NCBI GenBank assembly: GCA_023213395.1
Contig: CM041465.1
Span: 39,005,741-39,069,740 of the forward strand
Direction: 5' to 3'
Origin: Cycas panzhihuaensis
Taxonomy: Eukaryota; Plantae; Cycadophyta
DNA length: 64,000 bases
Shown here piece by piece: positions 27,001 through 41,300 of the stretch (within the stretch, counting starts at the first letter, position 1; each line of letters opens with the position of its first letter). Both the position numbers and the translations under genes were made by a program. The notes beneath the pieces are model-generated. The model saw nothing but the letters and a program-made list of their open reading frames with translations. It ran no database searches and was not told the origin of the DNA.

Positions 27001-27950
27001 TAGTACTAGTTTTACCTACATCAATGTAATCAAAGTTTTACTTCCAAAAGGTGATGCATTTTTAAGCATTAGAATCTAAGATCTAATAGTCTTTCTAATT
27101 TGACTCAACTGACAATGTTGATACCCTAACACAATGTGCTACTACACTCTTTCTTTTATTATCTTGGTTAGCCTTACACTTATCCTGCTTCTTAAATTAA
27201 TAATCCTATTCTTTATGGCCCTTTTTCTTGCACTAATTGTACTCACCCTTAAACTTCTTCTTCTCCCAAGATTTCTCACCTATTTTCTGTATAGACTTGC
27301 TCTCTTGAACAATATATTTTCTTTGTGTCTTCATGACCAAAGCTTGATTTGAATTAGAACCAGCAAGTATTCCATGATGCTTCAACTTGGCATCCTCTAC
27401 TAGAATTAGGTTTCTAGTGACTTAAATGATTCACCCTCCATAACTTCATCCTTAGCATAGATAGTTTAGAAGGTTCCAAATATAGAAGGAAACTTTGACA
27501 TAATAATGGCAAAACGTAATGCATCATCAATTGAGTTTGACTTCAATTTATCTAACCTATTCCTTAAATCAATGATCTTATTTAGGTAATCACTAATGTT
27601 ATTATCATCTTTTACCTTAGAATTCAATAATTCCATCATAAGAGTAATATGATAATTGGTTTTCTTCTTTTCATATATCTCACACAACTTATTGTAGATC
27701 TCATATAGGATTTTAAGGTTATAGACTAAATCTCTCTGATCTGGGGTCAAAGATAACTTAAGTAACCCTACAACTATGAATTATTTTTCCTCAACATGTA
27801 TATGTTCTTTTTCATCTAAGGGAATGCTCAATGATGCAAATTTGGTAATGCCCTAAAGCTAGTTAACCATGAGGACCAATTCCATATTTGCCTTCCATTC
27901 GTTGAAGTTATTCTTATTAAAAGTACTTATGGAACCAACTTCTCCATGAT
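24060..27950 (-). pseudogene. gag-pol: Ty1/copia gag-pol within C (gag ~27100-27950, PR ~26800-27070, INT ~25900-26760, RT ~24500-25570, RH ~24080-24480)
   Basis: LWHECLGYLN, ELVHTDLMGP, TWDLV, CKWVYKIK, KYKARLV, SLYSLKQA, HAHIKHIKIQHHYI, EQLVDVFTK motifs. Confidence 0.92.
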
Positions 27951-29529
27951 GTAAAATTAACAAATATAAAGAGCCTAAACCAACCTCTAATAGGCTATAT
28001 TACCCTAAATGATAATCTCTTCAACTACCCAAAGTATAAAGGTTCATTAAGATTGATAACCACTTAAAAAAAAAGGCCAATAGACCACTGAATGAAAGAA
28101 CAAATTTAAACACTTCACTTCATAAGTCTAATGTAATAAAACATTGCTATATGAATAAACAAAATGCCATTCTAAATTAATGTAATATCAATGTAATGAT
28201 CAAAACACCATTTGCTCAACTAGATCACTCATGCATCTCTCATATCAATAACAGTATGCCCTTTATAAATCTCAAAAACTGCATTGAAGGAGTTGCCTTT
28301 ATCTAATAGTCTCACACAATAAAGAATCTCAATAGAATATAATAAAGTAATACATCTCTCACAAATATCACAACTTATCATGCCCTGATCAACATGAATA
28401 TGTCAAATAACATGATATAAAGATGCCTTATATGAGCAAGTCACTTTATACTACACTGTATGTCATTCAAATTACAAAGGTGACTCAATATATTTCGAGA
28501 TTAACTGTGATAATTCATCCACGAACCTTGAAATTATATATACATCTAAAAAAATAAAATAAAATAAAGATGAAATACTATATCAATGTCGACTTTGAGA
28601 TATGTCAAAATTATATTACAAAGAATACCTTTATGAGCTATAAATTTCATGGCAAAATTGTGTGAACTACAATTTTGTCTTCTATGGTGAATGACTCTAA
28701 ATGGCTCTCTCCTATAATTGATCTAACTTCTATGACTTTGATCCCACTCTCCCTCACCATACAATTATTCAATTTAGTGTTCAGATTGAGCTACAATCTT
28801 CCTAATATCTCTTTCCTCCAACTCCAGTGGTTATGATTTCAAATGATGTATGTACAACTTAGATCTACTTACGAGTGAGACCATGACCAACTCTATGTCA
28901 TAGCATAAATACTACATCTCTAGCTACTTTATGTGTGTGCTCTCTCTTCACTAGTGTCTTTACATCTACATCTATTTACTATGATCTCCCATGACTGCCA
29001 TATATGGCATCTCTGCTGCATGTATCTCCTCACTAGGACATCGATAGACTAGTATGAATTATAAAGTACAGATAGTAATGTCTAACATCTCTAATAAATG
29101 GTGAATTTTAGTTATGATCTATGTTTATATATCCAACACCCTCTTCAAATTCTAATATACTAATCAATGATTGAAAAAAGACCTTCCTCATTCATACACA
29201 GGTATATCTACTGTTCCTTGGCTAGTAACTGAGTATCCAAAGGCTACATTCATAGAAATAAGGGGTGCCAAACAATGTTATATACCCATACACTTGCATA
29301 AGAGAAAACAACCTCTTACACTCCTTCGAACATGTCTAAAGACTAACAAATACGTACAAGATAAGTAATAAAAGGCACATGGGCTACTCTACTAAATCAT
29401 TATATGTTGTGGATGTCCTTTTAACTGTTAGAGAAGATGATCCTTAATGAAGGGTTGAGTTGACACAACCTAATAACCTATAATTAAAAAAACTCTACCT
29501 AATAAATACCTACTTATATATGACCATAT

Positions 29530-29541
29530 GCTCTGATACCA
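29530..29541 (-). promoter_or_regulatory. tRNA-iMet PBS of element C
   Basis: GCTCTGATACCA abutting the 122-bp repeat. Confidence 0.9.
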
Positions 29542-29663
29542 TGTAGGAGTTATCATAGTGCCAAAAGGTTTGGGTGGAATTGGTCTCACCACAACCCACT
29601 AACATGCCTAAGATTAACCCCAAGTTGGTACAACCACAAAGTTGAGAGGATAGGTTAGATACA
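29542..29663 (-). repeat. 122-bp LTR-like repeat (5' copy)
   Basis: TGTA...TACA termini; match to 23440-23561. Confidence 0.85.
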
Positions 29664-30614
29664 CCTAACTACGTGAATCACATTAGAAAGTAGCTAAGAG
29701 AATCCTACACTATCTTAAAGATACAACTCATTCTGGTGTAACTTATAAAGATTCCAAATAGGAAATAGATACTTATGAAAGAAAATCTATATCTAGGTAT
29801 ATCTTTGTTTGAAACTCCTCTCCAATTACCTAGTTAAGCAAAAATATCCAATCATTAGCACTTTCTACAACTAAAGCTAAATAGAGCTCTTATTAAAGCA
29901 AGTAAAGAAGTATTATAGATCTAGTCTTTATTAAATAAACTTAAATTTTCTTTATCTTCTATTAAATTAAATGTTGAGAATTAAAGTGCTATTTCCATTG
30001 CTACTAATCTTATGGATTATGCAAGAATAAAACACATCAGACTAAATCAACAGTTTATCTAGAATATGATAAATGATGGAACTATTCATTTACTATATTG
30101 TCCTATAGATATTTAAGCTATTGATATCTTAACAAAGTAACTTATAGAAGCCAAGTTCAATAAGTTGCATAAACTAATTATGATTGTTGAAGTCTTCATC
30201 AAAGAGGGATCAACATATTGAAGTCTTTATTATTCTTTATATACAAGATATCATTAAAGGAGGATGTTAACAAGTAATACTATGTTATGATTTTAATGAA
30301 AACTTTGTAAAGTTATGTATTATATTATATTAATTAAAAAGTAGTTGATATGGTAGTTACCTAACTCAGCCTATTTAAAGTCTCCTATTTTCTCTCCTAA
30401 AAATAGGGTGGGAGAGTTGAGGGTAGATTATATACATTCTATAGTATGCATTTTAATAATATACTTATTTATTTTTGAGGTGGTTTTTCTTCCACTAAAG
30501 GAGTTTTCCACTTGTCCAAATATTTGTACAAATTATTGAATGTTTCTTTGATGTGCGTCTATGTAATCTAATTCATTATTATGTAATCTATTATTTTGCT
30601 TCAACTCCCTAACA
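29664..30614 (+). mobile_element. Element B (part 2): RNase H, PPT (30255-30264) and 3' LTR (30265-30614)
   Basis: ARIKHI, DILTK motifs; TAAAGGAGGA followed by TGTTAA...CTAACA. Confidence 0.85.
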
Positions 30615-33600
30615 CAAGTTAAGTACATTATTTAGAAACTTTGGTTCCTACTTATGGTTTATTGTGGCCCTGATTTGTTAGAATCCTATCTAACTATTTA
30701 GAAAATAATAAGAATAATAAATTATTTAATAGTAATATTATCTTGGCATCTAAGACAAGTTACACATTAGCCTTAGTCCTATATACTAGCGTGTAGGTTA
30801 GGTTCAGATTATATGTATCATTTAGTTACTTTTAGAATTAACATAGGCATGTGCTTCATAGCATGTATTAGAGTTAAGTCCTATTTTGAATATTTTACCT
30901 TCAAGTTTAGTTAATTACTTATAAATAACCTTCTCAATTTTAAAATCATGCAATCACCAAAACATCTTCTCCTTAGTTGTTTGTCAAATTTCCTACACTC
31001 ATATGATAACCCTTCATTATGATCTATTAAGGCATATTGTATATATCCTTCTCATTATCCATTTCCATAAGAAGGAGAAGTTGAGTAAACTCTAGGTCAT
31101 TATGCAATAGCCTAGGATATCAAAGTTCTTTTGGCCATGTTATGGTAAGATGGTCATTCCCTATTATAATTTTCTATTTATTTACATATTATTTTTTCAA
31201 AACTAGACCCATCACTACATAACTCCTTATCATAACCAATCATGCTTCTTAAGCCCCTTGACCTTTTAGTAGATAATTCTATAAGATAACTTAACACCAT
31301 TCATAATCTTACATCACCCATTCAAAGAGTTTTTTTTATTAAGGGGATAAATGTTTGCTTACTTATGCCCCCTTTATATGTAGTTAGGTTTGTTTCATCT
31401 ACCATATGGTTTGATTGAAATAATGAATTGGTTATTTAATTTGGTTTCTTGCAAACATGTATGTGTATATTGTTCTATCTACTAGTTATGATATGATTTA
31501 ATCATATAATTATTATAGTTTATCTATAATTTGGTTTAATGTCCTATAGCTTTGGTATTTTCTTATTTTCTTTGAATTTTATAAGGTTTTCCCCTTATGT
31601 AGCATTCCTAGAAGGTTAGATTACCTCTAATAGGCTAATTTCCTTTTGTTTTATCATTTTCTACAATCTAATAATTTTTTTCAAGTATTTTCACCTATAT
31701 TATGGCATTTATTTTGACATTATAGGTTTTTCTATGATATTATAGTGAAAGTTGGAATTTTACTATAGAGCCACATTATCTTATTATATTACCCACATTG
31801 ACTTATTATGGTATGATGTCATTTGTTGATGTCAATGTGGTCTTCACCTTAACACATCGCAACATCCACAGTGGCTTGCTATGTTGCCACATCATATGTT
31901 AACACTTTTATTACAATGCTTATGATGTTTTATTATAGTGTTTATTAATTCACCATGGTTCCACTACTACATCCCACAAGTCATAAAAAAAATCATATTT
32001 TCTTTATTTGGTTTGGTTTTTCATTTTTATTTTAAGCAATTTTAGGTAAAATTATGGGCATTAAAACCATGGCCCTATTTTCATTTATTAATAGGGTTAG
32101 GCAAAGTTGTTTTAAGTAAGTAAATCTTTGGAGTATTAGAACTTTTCTAAATTTCATATTAAACCTAAAGTGAATTGATTTTCTATATGAGAGATTTTGG
32201 ACGAAAGATTAGTAGAACACATAATAATGCTAGGATGAAAATGATAATAAATTTTCCATTAATAATTCAAAGGCCTTATTACATCATTTATAGATGTCAT
32301 GCACTAGTGATATTATGTTGATTATACAACTAATAAAATCAATTCAATAAATGTATCAATTGTGTATTATCTCCTAATACTCCCCCATAATACATATTTG
32401 ACTTTGGATAATGCCTTAGAAAAAATATCTATAACTTGATCTTTGGTCTTGTAATGAAGTAGTTCAATTAGTCCTTATTATATTAGATCTTAAAGATAAT
32501 GATGCTCAATCTCAATATGTTTTATTTTACTATGTAAGGTTGGGTTCTTTGTCATCTAAATAGTATTTTGATTATCACAATATATCTCTATCAGTCCAAT
32601 ATGAGGTTCATGCAAATCCTATAATATCCTTCTAAGCCATATTACTTCATATGTTACTACTTCAACTACCTAACACTATACTTCAACTATAAACAAGGAA
32701 ATTATTAGTTATTTCTTTGTATTCCATGTAATTGTAGCTGAACCAAGGTTGAAAGCATAACCTAAAATAGATTTTTTGTCTTCAATATCACTTTCCTAAT
32801 TAGCATTTGTATAACCAATTAATCTATATTTACTTGATACAATATATTGAAATATATAATCTAAAGTTCCTTTGATGTATTTAAGGATCCTCTTTACTAT
32901 AATCTGCTATTCTTGCTTCAAATTTAACATGAATCTTGAAATCAAAATTTCTATCAATTAATGATACATAATAGGATTAATTAAAACAAAATCTTTATTC
33001 TTGCTTAACTTCAAGCAATTTGACTTCAATAAGAATAGCATTCGAGTTACAATTACTCATGTTAAACTTTTTTAAAATGTCCATAGCATATTTATTTTAT
33101 GATATGTGTATGCCAATTTTACTTTACCATACTTTAATACCAAGAAAATAATGCAATTGACCTAAGTCTATAATTTTAAATTCTAAAATTATATTAACCT
33201 TTAATTCTTGAAATATTTTATCATTATTTCTTGTATAAATAAGATCATTAATATAATGTGCCATAATCAAGATTAAATTACCAACTATTTTCACATTAAG
33301 ATTTGGATCTAATGGGCTCTTCTAAAATCTTTTATCTTGAAAATACACGTCAATCCTAGAATACCAAGCTCTTAGGAATTGTTTTAGTCCATACTTTTTT
33401 TTTAACTCATAAACTAAGTGTTCATAACATTCAGCTTTAAATTATTGAAGTTTAGATACATAAATTTCTTCATCAACATAACCATTAAGAAATGCTAACT
33501 TAACATCTATTTAATATATTATCCAAACTAAGCTAAGCATAAGATACTCCTACTTGTGTCCATCTTAGCAATAAGAGTAAAAGTTTCTTTATAGTTAATT

Positions 33601-33853
33601 CCTTCTTACTAAGTATAACCTTTTACAATAAGTCATACCTTATACTTGTTAATTATAAAATCATCATTGTATTTGGCCTTGAATACCCACTTGGCTCTAA
33701 TCACATCTTTATTAGTAGGAAAGTTTACTAAATTCTATGTTTTATTTCTATATAAGGCATTATATATAGCTTCTATTAGTTGAATCTATTATTCACTTTT
33801 AGTAACTTCATTGAATATTTAAGGTTCATTACTTGAGCCATTAAGGCATAATT

Positions 33854-36800
33854 TGTTGGAATATATGATATTAACACATATGTAATATTTAATATAAGAT
33901 AGTGGACCCATAAAAAATTCCACTCACTAAAATCATTAATAGTTGTGACATAATGATTATTTATATATACATCTTATTGGATGATGAAATAACTTAAGAG
34001 ATATTATAGGTTATTCATGAGGTGATATATTTATAAATAGGTACATATACTACTTGATAATTTAAGAGAGGTAGAATTTAATTATATATGTAATTATTTG
34101 ATATATTAAAAAGGATCTCCCAACTCCAACCTTCTCTTATAGTTTTTTTCACACTAGATCTTCCACGTATAAATATATTATCTATTATGGTGATATTTTA
34201 TCATGGTTGATCTGATTATATTTTATATTCATATTATTACTTGATATGTTGATTTTACATACATGATTTATGTATATTCCTCATAATATAATTCATTGAT
34301 TATACATATTAGATATACTTTCACTGCATATGATATGTTACAATATGATATCAAAGTTAAATTCTAAATTCTAATATAGCATTAGAGCTATGTTATGAAA
34401 AAATCTTGTTGAAGTAGGTTGCAAGCCTATACGAGCTAGATTGATGAGCTAGTATAAGCTAGTAGTTAAACCAGTTATAAAGCCAATGACAGAGTCAATA
34501 TATTAGCCAGTATAGGAGATAATTTTATGGTGTGTTTTAATTAACTAAAAACTAATTATGCTAATTATTCTAATGACATGTGACCAAGATTTTGAGGTAA
34601 GGTAAAGATGATATAGATCCATATACACATGATGATAAAAGTCACAGACAAGAGTTTATGAATTTACATACAGATAATGAAATTTACATAATGAATATAA
34701 CAAAATGATGGTATGTTGATATTGAATCTAGTGTGGATATATATATGTGTGCATATAGGCCTATATTCTTGAGAGATACAAGTGTTAAAGCAGTCCATCA
34801 GATGAGAAAATATTATTGCCAATTGCATTTGCCTATGTAAACTAATCCCTTATAGATGTGATTGAGATTTAGAAAACTGTTCATTTTACCAAATCATAAC
34901 TTATAGCAGATCATGTAAGTTTGAATATATCAACTTTGTTTCCCAATTTTTATTTAAGAAATTTTTTTTATCCACTTTAGCTTATGGGTTTTCTTCTAGT
35001 TAAAGGTATTTTTACAATAATTTAGTTGTTGAGAGATTAGGACAAAAGATAAATATGAAGGTTGAATGAAGAAGATGAAGTAATACATGATAAAGTAGGA
35101 AAATTAGCATCTCATCAGTCAAAATGAAATAGGCATGAAAAATATACCATTGATATGTGGCATGATTGACAATTTACAAAGGTATGTTGATGCATGGTTT
35201 ATTAGCGATAAATAAGACAACTATATGAACCACTAAACTAGGGTTTTAAAACAAAAATCTATGATGAAAATTGAGGGTATGACTATGGATGAATTATGAC
35301 TATAACTAAATATTATAGTGGTTTATGATGAGAATATAAGTACATGACATATATATAATTTGGAAAATATGTATGCAGAAATGATATTGAGGATATGTTA
35401 ATGAAAATTGATGCCATGAAGTAGTTATTTGAAAGGTATATATTTGTTGGATGCAATGATTTGATTTAAAGTCATAATTGATATATCGATGATGATACTT
35501 ATGATATATATTAAACAATAGGATTTGTGATGGAGATCTGATATGTAGAAAGAGGTGTAAACTATGAAGAGTTGTGGCAGTAATTCAATATAGCAGTGAG
35601 AGTTTTATGGTTTTCATGAAGAATTAGATAATTTTTCTTCTATTTTTTATCTCATAAATCTCTAAAAAGGACTATAGATGAATGATAAAAGTTTTGACAA
35701 CCTGTTAAGATGAATAAATAAAGTTAGGCACTAATTTTTTGGCTATGTCTGTTCTTAGGTGTTTTTAACATTATGGCTATAAAAAAAATTCACTATTAGA
35801 TGCATATTTTATAATTTTGAGACTTCCATTGAGTTTTGAGTGCTTAAAAATAGTGGTCTAGTGCTTTATAGATTGGAAAATTGTTTAAAAATATTGATTG
35901 GGCATAAAAAATGCTTCATGGAGGTTGTGCACATGAGAAAATAAAGATAGTAATTAAAAATTAATTTTTATTTATATTAATATTTTATAACTTTAGTTGA
36001 TGATATTTAATTATTTTTTAAACTGTTTTAAAGTTTTTAGAACCCATACAATGGTCATATGGAATCTAGTATGTGACTAGAGGCTTTAGTGAAGAGGGCC
36101 AACTTTAATTTTTACCTTGTTTTCATTTTTTTATGATATACTCACACATTTTCAATCATAACTTTTCACTAGGATGTTAGATTTAGGTGTCATTAGTTGC
36201 ATTGGAAAGAAAATTTTGAGATGGTCAAAATAAATAGTTATAAGGCATATTTCATAGATTAAATGATAGATATTTTAATTAGCAAACTTTAGTAAAGTGA
36301 TTTTGACTCCATAAAAGATGTATTTTTTGAATTTAAAAAAAATATATTTTAGCATATTTTATTATTTTTAAAGGCTCTAGAGAAATGATTTTATTGATGA
36401 TAAATGATAAATAAAAAAGGAAGTTTCATTTAAAAGTGAATATATAAATGCTCATTTATGATAATTTCAGATTCATAATAAATAAAAATTAGTGATGTGG
36501 GATATATTTAAAGCTAATTTTGATGTGGGAATCTTTTTACATATGCTAGATATGAAAATTCCCCTTAATACTAAATATATTTGATGAAGTGTAAGTGTAT
36601 AATACTAGTCAAATAACATGATCACCTATTAATTGGACACATTTGATGATTAATGACACCACCAATTATTAATCAAGGGCATAGAATATTTGTTTATTTG
36701 TTAGAGAGATAAGTAGATGTGATGATTGAATGATGTTTTCCATCTGTTTATGAAAATAAGAAGAAGTCTTATATATTGATTGCTTAGCACCAAAATAAAT

Positions 36801-37947
36801 TTTTGAGGTTATTTATCTAAAAATCGATATATGTTTGTTAGTGAGAAATATGACTTACCATGCACGATAAGAAACATGGAAATATACTATTTATATTACC
36901 TCATTAAAACTAACTTATCTTAACTAGGTAATATGCCATGTTCCTGGAGTTAGTATGTTTAGATGATTGATTTGATAATGTTAATGAGTTATTTCTTAGT
37001 TACCAAAAAAAACTTTAAGTGTGCAAAAGTATTGATGAAGGTAATGCACAAGTTATTTGTTCCTATATAGGAGGTGAGATGAATGAGATTACTCTTATAC
37101 AACACACAAATTGTGTTGTTATTATCATATGTAAGAAATGAGAAATTTTATGCTACTCTTATGATAACATTTTGTCTAATAGTTAAGTGTTATTTTTATT
37201 TGCTGATGAACCATATATACAAAATCTTTCTTAAAGAACTAACAATTATAATGACTAATTACTAGTGTATTTTGGTAAATGGTTGTTATTTTATATGAAT
37301 ATTATTAATCATTTTTATTATTGAGATGACAAATTAATAGTGATAATGATTTTAGATTTATAGGTGAAGATATGAAGTTGTTCAAGAAAACACTTTATAT
37401 AAATATAATAGTGAGAATCATATGTATTGGTTGATGTTTAACAGATAAGATTGGTTAGTATATAGGTTTTTATAGGTTGGTTGTTTATAATTAATCAATG
37501 ATGATCATAAATAATCATAAATGATATAGGTTAATTACTTACGGGAAATAAGTATAATATTGATAGATCTATATGTTACTGGTAATATAACTTTATTTAA
37601 TTTGATATAACTTGATATAAAGTTGATATAGATTTACAAATTTTAACATACAGGAAAAGTAAAAGAAATGAAGATTAAGATTGAACACTTGAAGATTAGG
37701 GTTAAAGAATTAAAGATTTGAAGACATTAAATATAAATGAGAAGTTTTAGAATATATGGTATTATCACATACATAATGCTTAATGTAAAATAATAGACCC
37801 ATACAAAATCTAACTCATCAAAAGCATTAATAAATATAACATACACAATTATTTATGTACACATCCTATTAGATAATGAAATGGTTTAAGGGATATTATA
37901 GGATATTCATGAGGTGACATATTTATAAAAAAAAATAAAAATAAAAA

Positions 37948-38005
<58 letters not shown>

Positions 38006-38331
38006 TTGAAAACATGAGAGAGAAAGGATTCATTTAGAGATATAATTATGGATATATTAAAGAGAAGCTCTCAACTCCAACCTTCTCTCATAGTTTTTTC
38101 CATAATAAATTTTTTATATATAAATATCTTATTTCTTATGGTGATGCTTTATTATACTTGATATGATTATACTTTATATTCATGTTATTGCTTGATATGT
38201 TGATCTTACATACATGATTTATGTGTATTTCTTATCATATGATTCATTGATTATATATGTTTAATATATTTTCACTGTATATAATAAGTACATTTTAATA
38301 TGGTATTAGGGTTAAATTATAAATTCTAACA
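33854..38331 (+). mobile_element. Element F: non-autonomous LTR element with gag remnant only (TR-GAG-like)
   Basis: LTRs 33854-34376 and 37745-38331, TSD TAATT (33849-33853, 38332-38336), decayed Met-PBS 34377-34388, degenerate zinc knuckle KCYFY....HIYK.F near 37185, no pol motifs in the 3.4-kb interior. Confidence 0.85.
37952..38002. repeat. (TA)n microsatellite in the 3' LTR of F
   Basis: ~25 TA units, absent from the 5' LTR copy. Confidence 0.9.
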
Positions 38332-41300
38332 TAATTGACTCTAGCTTATGATCTTATCAACCTTCTTTCAAAATTTATATCAAAAATATTACTTGGATTA
38401 TCACTTCTTATAAGTCATTTTGGACTTTTACTTTGTATTTGACTTGAACCTGAATTTGAATAATTTAATGAAGGTTGACTTGATTCAAAATCAATTACAA
38501 TCAACTTGCCCTTATTAACATCAAGTTTGTATATAACATGTTCATCAAAGATAATATCTCTACTATCAAAGAATTTCCTTACTAGAGGATCAAACATTTT
38601 ATAAGACTTTTATTCAATTTAATAGTATATAAAAATAGACTTAATGTTTTTGCTTTTTAACTTTATTTCTTTTTTCACTAGGAACATGTACATATGTAAC
38701 ACAATCAAATACTTTCAAGTTACTCATATTAGGTTTATAACCTATCTAGGCTTCTTTTAAAGTTCACTTCATTAATGCCTTAGTAGAACTTATGTTAATA
38801 AGTAAATTTTAGTATTTACTACTTTAGCCCAAAATTCTTCATCAAGTTCCTTTACTTTGAGAATACTTCTTATCATTTTCACTATAATTCTTATTTTCCT
38901 TTAAACTACTCCATTGTGTTGATGTGTATATAAAGTTATGAACTATCTTCTTATTCCAATTTTTTTGTAAAAGTCTCTAAAATCATTTAAGGTAAATTCT
39001 CCTCCATTATTTGAAAAAAAGAATCTATAACCTATATCCACTTTGCCTTTTAAGCATTACTCTAATTTTAGCAAATCAAAAAAATATTTTAGATTTTTTC
39101 TTAAGAAAGTATATCCAAATCTTTATTGTAAAATCATCAAACAAGATCATGAAGTATCTAGCATTTCCAAGTGATGACATTCTTATAGGGCCATATAAAT
39201 TAACATACACCAATTTTAAAGGATATTAGGATCAATATTAAGATTTTAGAAAGTTATTTATATATTGTTTATCATAAATACAACCTTCACATACATCGTT
39301 ATTGCCTTGAATGAATGGAAGACTTTTAACTATTTCTTTCTTCCTTGAAGTAATAGGTATATTATAATTGAGATGACTATAATTATGATGCCAAAGTATA
39401 TTCTCATTAATAATTAAAATATTCAAGACTTAAATTTATGGAGAAAATATAAGTTTAAATAATTTATCTTAAGTCATTTGACCTTTAGAAACAATCATTC
39501 TATTATTTAACTTGTCACTAATTTTATATTGACTATTGTTAAACACTAACCTGCATAGTTGTTTTATCATTTGACTAGCAAATAACATGTTCTTCTTCAA
39601 ATTGGGCACAAGTAAGATATTGTAAATACTTTTATTTTCCACATTATTTATTTAAATTAGTATTGTAACACATATGCATGAAACAATTAGAATTAACATA
39701 CCATTCTTCAATTAAAGCATTGATACAACAACATCTTAATCTTCATTGTAATTTAATTCACTTTTCACTTACTACTCTTTTTTTTTTCTCTATAATTTAA
39801 TATTTACTAGTGAGACCATAACTTGTCACTCAATGGTTAGAATTTAATCTTTTTAATGCTAACTCAAAGGTTTATCTGAGTAAAATAGGCCAAAATAGCC
39901 TATAATTAGGCTAAAGGTTCTATTATAGGTCTATAGTCTTTCAACTAAAAAAATACATGAAACATGCATAAAAATTAAGATTTTATTTGTATGTCTATAA
40001 ATAGTAATTAAATTTAGACTACTTTTTATTTTTTATGTAATGACCCTTAACACTCTAGTTTTAAGTAGGGATTAATTTAAAGCATGGTTTTATTTAATAT
40101 TTTAGATAATTAGGTGTTTTTTAAGGAGTTTCTAGGGTTAGAGTTGGAAGCTTTTAGACTCCAACTTTTACTTGTATAAATATAATTTTATACTTTCTTT
40201 TGTGAATGGAATGGAATGAAATAGAAGTGAATTAATTCTATTTATTCTCTAAGTTTTTATTTTTATTTTTTAATTTTAAGTTTGTATATATCTAATTGAA
40301 TATTTTTCTTATAGACTATCCTCATCATTTGCTATAAGAATGTGTTTTAACTATGGGGTTAAAGAAAAATCACAAAAGTCTAAGGTATTACAACAAATAT
40401 TTGTTAAAAAACTACAAAGGTGACAAATTATTCCTATTGAAAGGGTAAGGAAATACTCATTGGGGCTTAAGAGCCTTGCAAAAATCCTATGAGAGAAGAT
40501 TTAAAAAAAAGTGGCTAGGTAAAAAGAAAAACAATCGAATGGCAAGAAGAGGAGGAAGAGCGAGCTATGTTGAAATAAATAGAAATATGTAGGACCTAAA
40601 AAGGAGAATGAAACAACTTACTATTTGAAGCACTCCTTCCACTTATCAAGCTGATCTCATATAGTCTAGGAAACCCTTTATTTTGGCTAACCTTTATCTA
40701 TATTCTTAACTGCCTTTATAAATGGATATTGCAGCTCATTCTAACTCATTAGAGCTAAAGCCTTGGTTGCTATAATTTCAACCTTTGGGCTATATTTTCT
40801 TTGGAGAGAACCTCACCGTGAAGAGAGAAGGATTACCAAGTATTATCTTATCATTTATATTTCATAATTTTACTAATAATTTTAACTATTTTATAAATAT
40901 TAACCATAACTATTTTAATTTTCTCTAAATTTCTATTATTAGAGCTATATTTTGTGTATTCTACTATGCTTTTGCTCTCTTTTCTTTCCAAAGGATTATG
41001 TAGGCATGCTACAAGTGGTATCAAAGCTTTGTTGGAAGCTATTCTAAGGAGAAATTTTACTAGTTTAGTGAGGAAAATTAAGGGAAAAAGAGCAGATTCC
41101 CCTCCCGCCTACTTTTCCCCTAATTTTGACCCCCCTCCCTTTCCCAAATCTTCACAGTGCATCCCTAAATAAAGTTTAGATCTAAAAGAATCTTGTAGCA
41201 AAGCAAGATAGTGATCACTTAATTGATATTAATAACTGATAGAAGCAATCGACTAGTTAAATTGAATGATGCCATAGTAAATTTGAAATCCTCCTTCAAA

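Larger units (their letters stand above)
23440..29663 (-). mobile_element. Element C: composite bounded by 122-bp terminal repeats and containing a copia gag-pol
   Basis: 122-bp direct repeats 23440-23561 and 29542-29663 (T[G/A]TAGG...GATACA, ~23 mismatches); Met-PBS adjacent at 29530-29541. Confidence 0.8.
32200..39663 (-). mobile_element. Element E: decayed Ty1/copia (3' LTR below 32379, PPT 32380-32389, RH/RT 32400-33853, INT/GAG-pre 38337-39663), interrupted by F and G
   Basis: ATGGGGGAG PPT; KWVFKAKY, GLKQ..RAWY, LWHHNYSHLNY, CEGCIY motifs; VNYALM reading frame rejoined across F; left LTR boundary approximate. Confidence 0.85.

Noticed and set aside
30950-31330. Possible decayed gypsy integrase fragment on the minus strand (WPKEL...)
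   Set aside because: Too degraded to call; region 30615-32200 left unassigned
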